Of a stretch of DNA of 64,000 bases, positions 8,745 to 17,554 are shown one piece after another. Made by a program: the position numbers and the translations under genes. Origin of the DNA: a virus; the IMG/VR virus record IMGVR_UViG_3300007987_000009; one strand, written 5' to 3'. How positions within the stretch are numbered: the stretch's first letter is position 1; each line of letters starts with the position of its first letter. The notes beneath the pieces were generated by a model, which saw nothing but the letters and a program-made list of their open reading frames with translations, made no database searches and was not told the DNA's origin.

Positions 8745-8826
8745 GTGGGGGTTGATCCTGTGTGATTGTTAGATGGATTTCTAGACCTGAAGGCGAACGA
8801 CGGTGAGATTCCGTGTCCCTACACCA
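8745..8826 (+). ncRNA. tRNA-like RNA, anticodon undetermined
   Basis: GTGGGGG/TCCCTAC-A-CCA; ACGG-TGAGATT-CCGT; 6-nt loop in the anticodon position. Confidence 0.55.
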
Positions 8827-8843
8827 ACATCAATTATAACATT

Positions 8844-8922
8844 GGGGGCGCATGTTCCAAGGGATGGCGAGGTTGCCTTGCAAGCTACCTGTGGTCGGTT
8901 CGATTCCTGACCGTCTCCACCA
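8844..8922 (+). tRNA. tRNA-Ala(TGC), atypical
   Basis: GGGGGCG/CGTCTCC-ACCA, G3:U70, CT-TGC-AA loop. Confidence 0.8.
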
Positions 8923-9001
8923 ATTTTTTACTTGACATGACTGTCATTTCAGTGTATGATCTTAGTATCGATACATGGAGAAGAAAGTTTTTAAACAATT
9001 C

Positions 9002-9077
9002 GGGTCGTTGGCAGAATGGTTATGCACCGGACTCTTAATCCGTCATAATGGGGGTTCGATTCCTCCACGACCCACCA
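9002..9077 (+). tRNA. tRNA-Lys(CTT)
   Basis: CGGA-CT-CTT-AA-TCCG, ACCA. Confidence 0.9.
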
Positions 9078-9087
9078 AATTACCTTT

Positions 9088-9312
9088 ATGAAAAACAATC
9101 ACAAACATCGAAAAAAATCTATGAAGAATCGGAATGGTAGAACTCATTACGAAAAAGGACATGGTATCTATACGATGGAAGGAAAAAATCCTTTGAAGAT
9201 TCGACTTAAAGCTAAAAATAAATGTAAGAATAAGAATAGGAATAGGGGCGGTATAAAGGTAACACTTGCCGATATATGGCCAAAAAATACCGAGGACACG
9301 TTAGTGGATTAA
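9088..9312 (+). CDS. Small basic hypothetical protein
   Basis: 74-aa Lys/Arg-rich ORF. Confidence 0.4.
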   Translation: MKNNHKHRKKSMKNRNGRTHYEKGHGIYTMEGKNPLKIRLKAKNKCKNKNRNRGGIKVTLADIWPKNTEDTLVD

Positions 9313-9633
9313 CTATTGTAGATAAGGTCTGGTACTGCAACTAGCCTCTGATGCAAGCTAGATAACAGAGAACGGATTAACTTTACTACAGTAGCCCACT
9401 GACTCCTCACAAATTAAATAATTTTGACTTGGCTAGTGAAGGAAAGTATACTTAATCGGGCCGACGAGCCTTTACTCCTCCCGAAGAGCGGTATCGTAAA
9501 GATATATGGACCGCCTATGTGTAGTGTCAAATATAATATAAATGAAATGCTGGTTAGCCGAGTTTCTGTTTGATACGGCGATAGGTTAAGCTCGGTCTCG
9601 TCATAGAGAGATGCGCCGTTTCCAGATTTCAAT

Positions 9634-9709
9634 ACCCCCGTAGCTCAATGGGAAGAGCATGGTCCTTCTAAGGCCGTGGTTGCGGGTTCGAGTCCTGCCG
9701 GGGGCACCA
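9634..9709 (+). tRNA. tRNA-Arg(TCT)
   Basis: GGTC-CT-TCT-AA-GGCC, ACCA. Confidence 0.9.
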
Positions 9710-9717
9710 ATTTAAAT

Positions 9718-9819
9718 GGAGAGGTTATCCGAAAGATTCGGGGTAGCGGAGGCGATCTTGAAAATCGTTTGTTAGTGTAAAAAGCTGGCGTGTGGGTTCG
9801 AATCCCACCCTCTCCGCCA
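9718..9819 (+). tRNA. tRNA-Ser(TGA), enlarged D loop
   Basis: GGAGAGG/CCTCTCC-GCCA; GCGAT-CT-TGA-AA-ATCGT; long variable arm. Confidence 0.85.
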
Positions 9820-9829
9820 ATTTTACAAA

Positions 9830-9901
9830 GGGGCTGCTGTATGGGACAGGCTTGTGATTTGCAATCACGATGGCGGGGATCGTTACCCCGTAGCTCCACC
9901 A
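9830..9901 (+). tRNA. tRNA-Ala(TGC), atypical
   Basis: GGGGCTG/TAGCTCC-ACCA, G3:U70, TT-TGC-AA loop. Confidence 0.8.
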
Positions 9902-9982
9902 AATTCAATGCTAATATGAACACATCAAACTTATACAGAGAGTTCGCAAATGTATAAATAGAAACACATTAAGAAAGTTCTT

Positions 9983-10804
9983 ATGGAATATAGTAGGCAT
10001 TATGAAACTCTTTGTGAACGAGCAAAGAATAGAAATTTAGAAGAATATACTGAAAAGCACCACATCATTCCTAGATGTATGGGAGGGACAGATGGTGGAG
10101 AAAATTTAGTTGACTTAACTCCGGAAGAACATTATGTGGCACATCAGCTTTTGGTTAAGATGCATCCGGATAATGGAAGTTTGATATATGCGGCTAATAT
10201 GATGTCTGTGGATTCAAGTTGTACTAGTAGAAACAATAAGAGGTATGGTTGGCTTAAGAAAAAATACCAACAAGTGGCAAAAGCTCGCATAGGCCCCAAG
10301 AACGGCTCATACGGCAGAAGCTGGTATTATCACCCTGATACTAAACAAAATGGAAAGTTTTTGAAAGATCAACAGCCGAATGGCTGGATAAAGGGGAGAA
10401 TTCTTCCCGAAAGCAAAAAAAGAAGATGGTTCTACAATCCGAAATCGTTGGAAGTAGTATATGTGTTAGAAAAAGATAAACCGGACGGATGGGAAAGAGG
10501 AAAAAATCCCAAAAAGCTCAAGAAAAAGCCTCAACCCGAGCCGAAGTTGATTAAAAAATGTAAAAACTGTGGTAAAGACTTTGAACCAAAGAAGAAACAA
10601 GTAAAATACTGCATTGAATGCGGATACAAGACACATTCTAGAAAAAATCGAAAAAGATTCAAAGAAAAAGAAATAGAGTTTTTGAATCTTATCAAATCGG
10701 GTGATAGCTTCTCTAACATCTTAAAAAAGCTGGGATATAAATCATATAACCTCCAGAACGGGGTGGGAAAGTGGGCTAAAGAATTACTAGAAAGAAAAAT
10801 ATAG
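9983..10804 (+). CDS. HNH homing endonuclease (paralog of 3940-4653)
   Basis: EKHHIIPRCMGG..NLVDLTPEEHYVAHQLL; late promoter 9953-9960. Confidence 0.9.
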   Translation: MEYSRHYETLCERAKNRNLEEYTEKHHIIPRCMGGTDGGENLVDLTPEEHYVAHQLLVKMHPDNGSLIYAANMMSVDSSCTSRNNKRYGWLKKKYQQVAKARIGPKNGSYGRSWYYHPDTKQNGKFLKDQQPNGWIKGRILPESKKRRWFYNPKSLEVVYVLEKDKPDGWERGKNPKKLKKKPQPEPKLIKKCKNCGKDFEPKKKQVKYCIECGYKTHSRKNRKRFKEKEIEFLNLIKSGDSFSNILKKLGYKSYNLQNGVGKWAKELLERKI

Positions 10805-10892
10805 GAAGGTAAACCAGACATGGGTTTGGAGCGACCTGCTAAGTCGATTGTCCCCCAATGGGGATGTGGTTCGAGTCCACTGCCTTCCACCA
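10804..10892 (+). tRNA. tRNA-Ser(GCT)
   Basis: CGAC-CT-GCT-AA-GTCG, long variable arm, ACCA; first base shared with the HNH stop codon. Confidence 0.85.
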
Positions 10893-10905
10893 AATTATGA
10901 TATAT

Positions 10906-10995
10906 GGAATGACGGAAACTGGCGTATCAAGCATCTTGGAAAGGTGTCCCTCGGCGTGAGTCGGGGTGTGGGTTCGACTCCCACTCATTCCGCCA
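10906..10995 (+). tRNA. tRNA-Ser(GGA)
   Basis: GCATC-TT-GGA-AA-GGTGT, long variable arm, GCCA. Confidence 0.85.
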
Positions 10996-11001
10996 AACAA
11001 C

Positions 11002-11077
11002 AGGTGTCTAGCTCAATTGGTAGAGCAGCGGTCTCCAAAACCGCAGGTTGTGGGTTCGAGGCCCTCGGCACCTGCCA
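11002..11077 (+). tRNA. tRNA-Trp(CCA)
   Basis: GCGGT-CT-CCA-AA-ACCGC. Confidence 0.95.
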
Positions 11078-11141
11078 AAATTCTATTGACAGTATGATGT
11101 ATACGTGTTATTATACAATAAACAAAATATTGGGATACATT

Positions 11142-11438
11142 ATGCCGTTCTCTGTAGTTAAATCGGACAATTCCGTCGAAGATATCGTATACCGACAGAT
11201 AAAAATCTCTGGTTCAAAAATTTATGAGGTATATTTAGGAGAAGATCTTCTTGGCCAATTACACCACCAACGCAACTCATGGACAGCCATAATCATGTAT
11301 GATGGTTTTGATTCTAATACCGCACTAAGAATGGTTGAAGGATTTTCCACCAGATACGATGGTGTGGCATATATGCTGTATGCCTTGGGGTTTTGGAGGC
11401 GTTATTCGATACACACACAGGACCCGTGCGTCCCATAA
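11142..11438 (+). CDS. Hypothetical protein
   Basis: ORF behind TTGACA-17-TATTAT promoter at 11086. Confidence 0.55.
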   Translation: MPFSVVKSDNSVEDIVYRQIKISGSKIYEVYLGEDLLGQLHHQRNSWTAIIMYDGFDSNTALRMVEGFSTRYDGVAYMLYALGFWRRYSIHTQDPCVP

Positions 11439-11476
11439 TTACGTGTCAACGCGTTCTTGTGTATTAAATTTTTTAT

Positions 11477-11676
11477 CAAGAAAGCAAAGAAGACCCCTTC
11501 CTTCAGGGAGGGGACAAATTCTAAAAAAATATCTGCCTCAAAAGTGGTAGAAAAAAGAACCGTAGGACATACGGGAATAGCTTGCGGAGTCCGACATAAA
11601 TCTAAAGTTCTTGTAGAGAACAATGTAGTGGACTGTGAAACAAGAATCCTCTTCCTTTAGGGAGAGGAGAAGTCAA
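11477..11676 (+). mobile_element. Non-autonomous IS200/IS605-derived element, copy 2 (shorter)
   Basis: Same ends as 7176-7459, preceded by TTAT, ends TCAA; lacks the internal promoter segment. Confidence 0.8.
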
Positions 11677-11752
11677 GGGTCTGTAGTTTAATTGGCAAAA
11701 CAGCGGACTTTTAATCCGCACGTTCTCGGATCGTACCCGAGTGGACCCACCA
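11677..11752 (+). tRNA. tRNA-Lys(TTT)
   Basis: GCGGA-CT-TTT-AA-TCCGC, ACCA. Confidence 0.9.
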
Positions 11753-11773
11753 ATTTTTACAAAGGAAGTTGTT

Positions 11774-12049
11774 ATGAAATCATTAGAAGATCGATGTGCC
11801 GAAGCCATCCGTTTAGAAATTTTAAAAGAGTTTGAGGGAAAGCGATTTTCCAGAACTAATCAAGGGAATTTTTATTTGAATGAACATAGCGGGGGGTGCA
11901 GAGTAAAAGACGCTGAAGTTAGAATAGTTGAAGAGAGTCCATATGACTCTGATCACTGGTGTGATGTCACCACATTCAAAACCACACTGATATTGGAAAG
12001 TCTTAAAGGTAATAAGACGTATCGCTGCGAATATGATATTTTTTGTTGA
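11774..12049 (+). CDS. Hypothetical protein
   Basis: AAGGA RBS and ATG. Confidence 0.55.
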   Translation: MKSLEDRCAEAIRLEILKEFEGKRFSRTNQGNFYLNEHSGGCRVKDAEVRIVEESPYDSDHWCDVTTFKTTLILESLKGNKTYRCEYDIFC

Positions 12050-12089
12050 TAGAAAAACCGTCTAAGATAATTAAATTTTGGAGAGAGTA

Positions 12090-12490
12090 ATGAAGAAAAC
12101 GGTTGTTGGTAGAAAGGTAGAATTGGATTGTGAATGTTACTTGGACGAGGCGACAGATTCTTTCTGGGGCTACGTAGACCATTGGCTTGAACAAAACAAT
12201 ATGACTAGATCGGATATTATAGGCACCCCGTATTTGTCGCTAGACACTATGAACTCCAAATATGAGAAGAGTACAGAATATCCCCGTCTCAATGCAGAGT
12301 TTCAAACTCTCGAAACGGATAAAGAGTTCAATACCAGAGTTGCGTCGGTAAAAATAAAAAAGTAATGCGAGCAAGTCGGTTGAAAGAATCGCGAGAGTCA
12401 TACTTGGTTAAGAAAATGTACGACGAAATTTACTCTTACAATGAAGAAAAATATCGCGAGCTGCTTCAAAAGGAAGAAGCTACAGTATAA
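12090..12490 (+). CDS. Hypothetical protein (frameshift in A-run near 12355)
   Basis: Frame continues to TAA 12490 with one added A. Confidence 0.5.
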
Positions 12491-12498
12491 AAAACAAT

Positions 12499-12574
12499 AT
12501 CCCCATAGCTCAGCGGTCAGAGTTTCCGGTTTCGACCCGGAAGGTCGGGAGTTCGAATCTCTCTGGGGACGCCA
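12499..12574 (+). tRNA. tRNA-Arg(TCG)
   Basis: TCCGG-TT-TCG-AC-CCGGA, GCCA. Confidence 0.9.
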
Positions 12575-12724
12575 AATAGTGTTCCAAAGTGTCTGTGAGC
12601 AGGGTCGCAGCGTGTAATTGACCGTACCATACGATAAGGGGTAGCCGGGGCGGAACTGGCAATATTTACTTGACGCACGTTACCATATTGTGTATAATTT
12701 GATATCTAATACGAAGGAACAACT

Positions 12725-12913
12725 ATGAAATTCAAAGAACTTGATGAGCCTATTGTCAGTAGCGATTTGTATTACGATTTGATGCAAGGCTATATCGATC
12801 CGGAAAAGTTACTGGAAAATCCGGAAATGGTCACTGCTGTAAAAGAGGCCATATACCTGCTAGGCCAGTTTTTGGATTTGGCAGAAGCAGAGGGCGTATT
12901 GGAGGTTGCTTGA
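12725..12913 (+). CDS. Hypothetical protein
   Basis: TTGACG-17-TATAAT promoter, AAGGA RBS. Confidence 0.6.
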   Translation: MKFKELDEPIVSSDLYYDLMQGYIDPEKLLENPEMVTAVKEAIYLLGQFLDLAEAEGVLEVA

Positions 12914-13229
12914 TATGTCGCAACATACCCCCGATGGATGGGCAATCCTAGAGCAAGAACAACCAGACAAACGCAAAGAGTATTTTGTTTTTGGTAGCTG
13001 GAGCGGTAGTTATCTGTACGGAGATTCTTGGAGAGCCAACAGTGGCATCAAGAATGTCGAAGAAACTGATGATTCATACCTGTTTCATGGTTACAGTGGT
13101 AGTGTATACCGTTGTTCCAAGCATTCGGAGGGTCGCATCAGCGCTTATAACGTTGGGGTCATGACAGACCTTGCAGAGCGCAGTAACGCCAAAGTCGTAA
13201 AATACGATGATGTGAAGGAAAACTTTTGA
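12906..13229 (+). CDS. Conserved phage hypothetical protein
   Basis: TPDGW...FGSWSGSYLYGDSWRANSGI...GYSGSVYRC. Confidence 0.7.
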   Translation: MLDMSQHTPDGWAILEQEQPDKRKEYFVFGSWSGSYLYGDSWRANSGIKNVEETDDSYLFHGYSGSVYRCSKHSEGRISAYNVGVMTDLAERSNAKVVKYDDVKENF

Positions 13230-13795
13230 ACATTTTTGTTCTTTCAGAATGCCCAATTGAAGCAGCACAATTCCAATGTAATGCTCATGTTGTCAAGATG
13301 ATTCTGGAATCTGCTCAGATGCTTTCTACTGCGCATCGTATTCTTGATGGAGAGCTTTCTATCATTGAGAAGAACGGCAGAAAATGCAAGGTCTATACAT
13401 TGAACGATGAACGTGATGGGCAGATGTACAAAGCCACCCACATCAATCATCCATGTTCGATATGGTGTCGAGAGTCAACCTCAAATTATGATTGGTTGTA
13501 CAATCATTTCTTGATGCTTTGTGAAGAGTACCAATATCGCTACAACAAGATTCACAAGACTGATTCGTTGTTGGGAGAGATTCTAGCAACTCATCCAGAT
13601 AATCTTCCTGAGCATGGGATGACACGATTTGCTTTAGCAATGCCAGATGAGTTTAAAATGGATAATGTGGTAGAATCTTATCGTCTTTATTACTCTTCAA
13701 AAATTAAAGATTTCAAGATGGTTTGGAAGAACTCTGGCCCACCGGAATGGTTCAGGATGTTGACGCTCTTAGATCAAGATTATAATATAACCTAA
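13226..13795 (+). CDS. Pyrimidine-dimer DNA glycosylase (DenV-like family)
   Basis: MNIFVL..P..AAQ..C..HVVKMILESAQMLST, YKATHINHPC..W, YRYNKIH. Confidence 0.85.
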   Translation: MNIFVLSECPIEAAQFQCNAHVVKMILESAQMLSTAHRILDGELSIIEKNGRKCKVYTLNDERDGQMYKATHINHPCSIWCRESTSNYDWLYNHFLMLCEEYQYRYNKIHKTDSLLGEILATHPDNLPEHGMTRFALAMPDEFKMDNVVESYRLYYSSKIKDFKMVWKNSGPPEWFRMLTLLDQDYNIT

Positions 13796-13808
13796 AAAGG
13801 ACACAAAA

Positions 13809-14168
13809 ATGAAAATGTACTGTATATTCTCACGGGAATCCTTGAAAGCCATGAAAGGAATACGAGGAAAGATGGCTTCACAAGCTGGACACGCTTTTCT
13901 ACATGCCTTTTGGGACAGTGAAGAACGCTATTTGTATGATGCAATTGAATATGCAGAATCAATGAACGCAGTTAAGATAACTTGTGTCGTTGACACTCAA
14001 GAAGAATTGAAGAGGTTGTATCACACGCACCTAAACGTCTGTGGGGTTACTCAAGTTGTTGATAGCGCTTTTACGGTATTGGATGCTCCGATGTTGACAT
14101 GTGTAGGTATTGGACCGATAAGAGATGAAGAGGCTGAAGAACTCAAAAAGCTGGAATTATTGACATGA
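13809..14168 (+). CDS. Peptidyl-tRNA hydrolase, Pth2 type
   Basis: GKMASQAGHA, VKITC, VVDSAFT, TCVGIGP. Confidence 0.85.
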   Translation: MKMYCIFSRESLKAMKGIRGKMASQAGHAFLHAFWDSEERYLYDAIEYAESMNAVKITCVVDTQEELKRLYHTHLNVCGVTQVVDSAFTVLDAPMLTCVGIGPIRDEEAEELKKLELLT

Positions 14169-14236
14169 GAATTGCCGCTGTTGTGGCGCTAGGTGGAGTA
14201 CCAAAAAAGAATGAACACTAAGTACTAGGAATCGAT

Positions 14237-14461
14237 ATGAGCTATTTAAGCACTGAAAAAGCAGAAATTTTTTCTATACCGGGAAACAAAGATGAACATT
14301 GGGTCCGATTTGTTTACCGGGACACGGAAAAAAATAGATGTACTATATTTTTTTCTGTGTCCAATAGGGATCAGGCCAACGTTTGGGTTGATGCCCTGAA
14401 CGCAGGTCTAACAAGAAACAGCGAAAAAACTTTTACAACACAGGTGACGAACAATGATTGA
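14237..14461 (+). CDS. Hypothetical protein
   Basis: AGGA RBS; N-terminus shared with the 15436 ORF. Confidence 0.55.
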   Translation: MSYLSTEKAEIFSIPGNKDEHWVRFVYRDTEKNRCTIFFSVSNRDQANVWVDALNAGLTRNSEKTFTTQVTNND

Positions 14462-14660
14462 CATAAAAGAAACAGTGAGAAGTGACGTACATTTCAGATA
14501 CTTCCGTGATGGGGCCTTGTGGTATGAAACCTGTAATGGAGATTTGTTTCCGGTTCCGGTAGATGATGCGGGTTCTTCAACTTTCAACAGAGAGGAAAAA
14601 GGAATGTATCTGATGCGCTGGATGCGTAAATGGAACGAAAACCACAAAGAGGAAGATTGA
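14454..14660 (+). CDS. Hypothetical phage protein
   Basis: Coupled ORF; FRYFRDGALWY..FPVP. Confidence 0.6.
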   Translation: MIDIKETVRSDVHFRYFRDGALWYETCNGDLFPVPVDDAGSSTFNREEKGMYLMRWMRKWNENHKEED

Positions 14661-14716
14661 ATGATATCTGTGAAAGAAGACCTTTTGATTTTTGGTTCAT
14701 AGCTGGAGCTATTGAA

Positions 14717-15190
14717 ATGACAAACAAAAATACCATATTGTATTTTGATCTGGAAAACACTCTCATTGAGCATTGGACTGATCAAAGACTTTGTTGGCAA
14801 AACAACAACAGGTCAATTTTTGACTACCATAATCACTCCAAAATTGGAATTTTTAGTTTTGCGTTGTGGTGTGATGAAAACATACAGACGTTTATCATCG
14901 ACGGTATGATGGGCATGATTCAAGACGAATATGGGATTGAAATAGATGTGGATGAAATCATTCACGTAAATGACATGATAGAAGCATACAACACAATCTC
15001 AGGCACAACAACCGAACATCCCGGAAGCAACAATAAAGTCATGTATTTCGAGGCTTGGTTGGACGTAAATTTGCCGCGCTTAGACGAATATGAGCATATT
15101 GCACTGGTAGATGACACCGCAGAAGAATGTATGATGTCATATGGACCTGAGAACAAACATGTACACTACAGAAACCCGACAGTGATTTAG
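14717..15190 (+). CDS. HAD-like hypothetical protein
   Basis: LYFDLENTLI motif I; LVDD motif. Confidence 0.5.
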   Translation: MTNKNTILYFDLENTLIEHWTDQRLCWQNNNRSIFDYHNHSKIGIFSFALWCDENIQTFIIDGMMGMIQDEYGIEIDVDEIIHVNDMIEAYNTISGTTTEHPGSNNKVMYFEAWLDVNLPRLDEYEHIALVDDTAEECMMSYGPENKHVHYRNPTVI

Positions 15191-15435
15191 GATTTTATAC
15201 AATGGAAAATAATAAAATAGCAAGAACTGCATTTTATGAAATCAGTAAGACTTTAAACCTTTCTTACATTTACTCACCCGATGTTTGGCAAAATTTACCA
15301 AAACATTTGAAAGGAAGAGTTGGTGAGAATTGGGGAAAATGTTGATAATGTAGACATTAAGGTGTATGATTGCTACTGTTGCGGTGCCAAATGGAGTACC
15401 ATAGAAAGAATAAACACCAATCAAGAGAAATAGAT

Positions 15436-16044
15436 ATGGGATATTTAAAAACAGAAAAAGCAGAAATTTTTTCTAACTACGAAAAATTTAATGAGTTGTA
15501 CGCAGCGCATTGGACTCTTAGAAAAATAAAAGACGAACTACATCCGCGTGTTGAAGAGGTTTTCTTTAGATATATCAAAGCTAGACGTTGGAGCTTGGAG
15601 CGCAAAGATGAGTATCCCGAAAATTTCAGAGAATGCTTGGGCCTCGAAGAATGGGGTTACTCACATCATCCATATGCAATAAAAGTTACTATAACTTGGA
15701 AAGCTAATAGCGGACTGGAAGTTACTAAATCTTTCTTTCTGCCTCCATCTCTTATCTACGATGAAGAAGCTTTGAAATTCTTCGAAGAAGATGAAAAATG
15801 GAAATCTGAGAATAAGGACAACTTGGTTTATGATGAACCTGTTATGTTTTCATCGTCTGACGGATATGATGTCTACACCATTAAAGAATTTAAAGATTTG
15901 GTATTTAATGGAGTAATTGTTGATTCTGATGGAGTTGGTCATCCGGTCAAGAATAAAAAAGCATGTGGGGAGTGGGAAGTATATCCGTCGCGCATACATG
16001 AAATACCGATAGAAGCCACTCACATTGTGTGGTACAATAATTGA
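15436..16044 (+). CDS. Hypothetical protein
   Basis: Long ORF ending ATHIVWYN. Confidence 0.6.
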   Translation: MGYLKTEKAEIFSNYEKFNELYAAHWTLRKIKDELHPRVEEVFFRYIKARRWSLERKDEYPENFRECLGLEEWGYSHHPYAIKVTITWKANSGLEVTKSFFLPPSLIYDEEALKFFEEDEKWKSENKDNLVYDEPVMFSSSDGYDVYTIKEFKDLVFNGVIVDSDGVGHPVKNKKACGEWEVYPSRIHEIPIEATHIVWYNN

Positions 16045-16361
16045 GAGACTGTAAATTGGCGGTATTCTAATAGACTATGTATAGAACACCAGCTTGCTAC
16101 AGACTAGGATACTATTAAAAAGTATACATTACTAGCATCGAGCCTAGACTTCGGTGTGGACATATTTTACAGACTTATGTATAATAATACAATTTTCTAG
16201 AAAAGTAGCACAGTCTCTTTTTTAAGTTGACAACATTCCATCAAGGATGTACGGTTGATAAATAGAAAACAAAAGGTATAAACCAAAGATTGGATCGATC
16301 ACTGGCTATCTTTGGGACGGTCTAAAAGTCGAAAAATTAAGTTTTAAAATTTAATTACAAT

Positions 16362-16437
16362 GGAACCATAGCTCAGTCGGTAGAGCATTCGACCGATAAT
16401 CGAAATGTCGCAGGTTCGAATCCTGCTGGTTCCACCA
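16362..16437 (+). tRNA. tRNA-Ile(GAT), C33
   Basis: TTCGA-CC-GAT-AA-TCGAA, ACCA. Confidence 0.92.
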
Positions 16438-16444
16438 AATTAAA

Positions 16445-16520
16445 GCCTCGTTAACTCAATTGGCAGAGTGTCGTCTCGACAAGGCGAAAGTTCGTGGTTC
16501 GAGTCCACGACGAGGCACCA
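16445..16520 (+). tRNA. tRNA-Val(GAC), C33
   Basis: TCGTC-TC-GAC-AA-GGCGA, ACCA. Confidence 0.92.
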
Positions 16521-16583
16521 CTTTACATTTTTACCTGAATATTATAGAATATGAACCAGTGGAACACAGAAAGGAAAATTAGT

Positions 16584-17180
16584 ATGAACAACAAAAATAT
16601 TCAGAAAATTGTAGAACAAAAAATACAAACTCTTGTGGAAGAACGTCGAGACATCCCCGTACAAAGAGAAGCTCCTGAAAATGTCGAGGAATACAAAGCC
16701 ATAGGAAAGTTCTCTCCTCCATTGGGAATACGAGATTCCAAGGCACCTCTGGTGGAAGAATTAACACAACAATTTATTAATGCTGTTGAGCTTGAAGTTG
16801 TTACTGAGTTATACTCAAATTTGCAAAAAATTAAACCAAATGGTCCCGATCTTCTTGAGGAAATTCTTAAAATTTCGGAAGGTCCAACAAACTACACACA
16901 TGTTTTGTTGAATCCTATTACTCTGTCATTAATACAATCTAACACAGGAAACAATTGGAAATATACCCAAAATCAAACTACCGGATTTTCTATTCTCGAA
17001 GGACCGAATAGGGTCGGAGTTATAACCACGGGCGACGGTAGAGAAATAATTGTATTGTTAACCATAATGGATAACCCTTTTGTGTTTTTCTCAAAAGGTG
17101 ATATTGTGATACAAGTTGGAGACGTTGAACTTTCGAAAAAGGGAGTATCGTTTCATTACAAGACACATATCAGGAAATAG
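16584..17180 (+). CDS. Hypothetical protein, possibly a degenerate gp23/gp24-like fragment
   Basis: LTQQFINAVELEVVTEL...LLNPITLSLIQS...RVG loosely recalls the capsid fold. Confidence 0.4.
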   Translation: MNNKNIQKIVEQKIQTLVEERRDIPVQREAPENVEEYKAIGKFSPPLGIRDSKAPLVEELTQQFINAVELEVVTELYSNLQKIKPNGPDLLEEILKISEGPTNYTHVLLNPITLSLIQSNTGNNWKYTQNQTTGFSILEGPNRVGVITTGDGREIIVLLTIMDNPFVFFSKGDIVIQVGDVELSKKGVSFHYKTHIRK

Positions 17181-17267
17181 TTCTGATTTGATATTCTTCG
17201 TAGAAAATTAAACTGTTCTTCCTGAAAAAATAAAGATTTTGTTTCTGTAGCGTACAGATAAAACAAT

Positions 17268-17346
17268 TGCGGGAATGGAGAAAGAGTAGTCTCGCTTGGC
17301 TCATAACCAAGAAAACGGGGGGGCGCAACTCCCCCACCCGCTACCA
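17268..17346 (+). tRNA. tRNA-fMet(CAT), atypical
   Basis: CTTGG-CT-CAT-AA-CCAAG; 1:72 mismatch; ACCA. Confidence 0.75.
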
Positions 17347-17351
17347 AACTA

Positions 17352-17427
17352 GGGGCCGTAGCTCAATTGGGAGAGCACTACAATGGCATTGTAGAGGTCG
17401 GCGGTTCGACCCCGCTCGGCTCCACCA
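17352..17427 (+). tRNA. tRNA-Ala(GGC)
   Basis: CTACA-AT-GGC-AT-TGTAG, G3:U70. Confidence 0.95.
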
Positions 17428-17554
17428 AATACTTGACAAAAGCAGTTCATCATGAAATAATTGTACTTTAAAAGGAGAACTCATTATGAGTATGAAAACT
17501 GTAAGAGAAATAACCACCGAAGAGTGTCCGTGGTTGGACGATAACATTGCAGAA

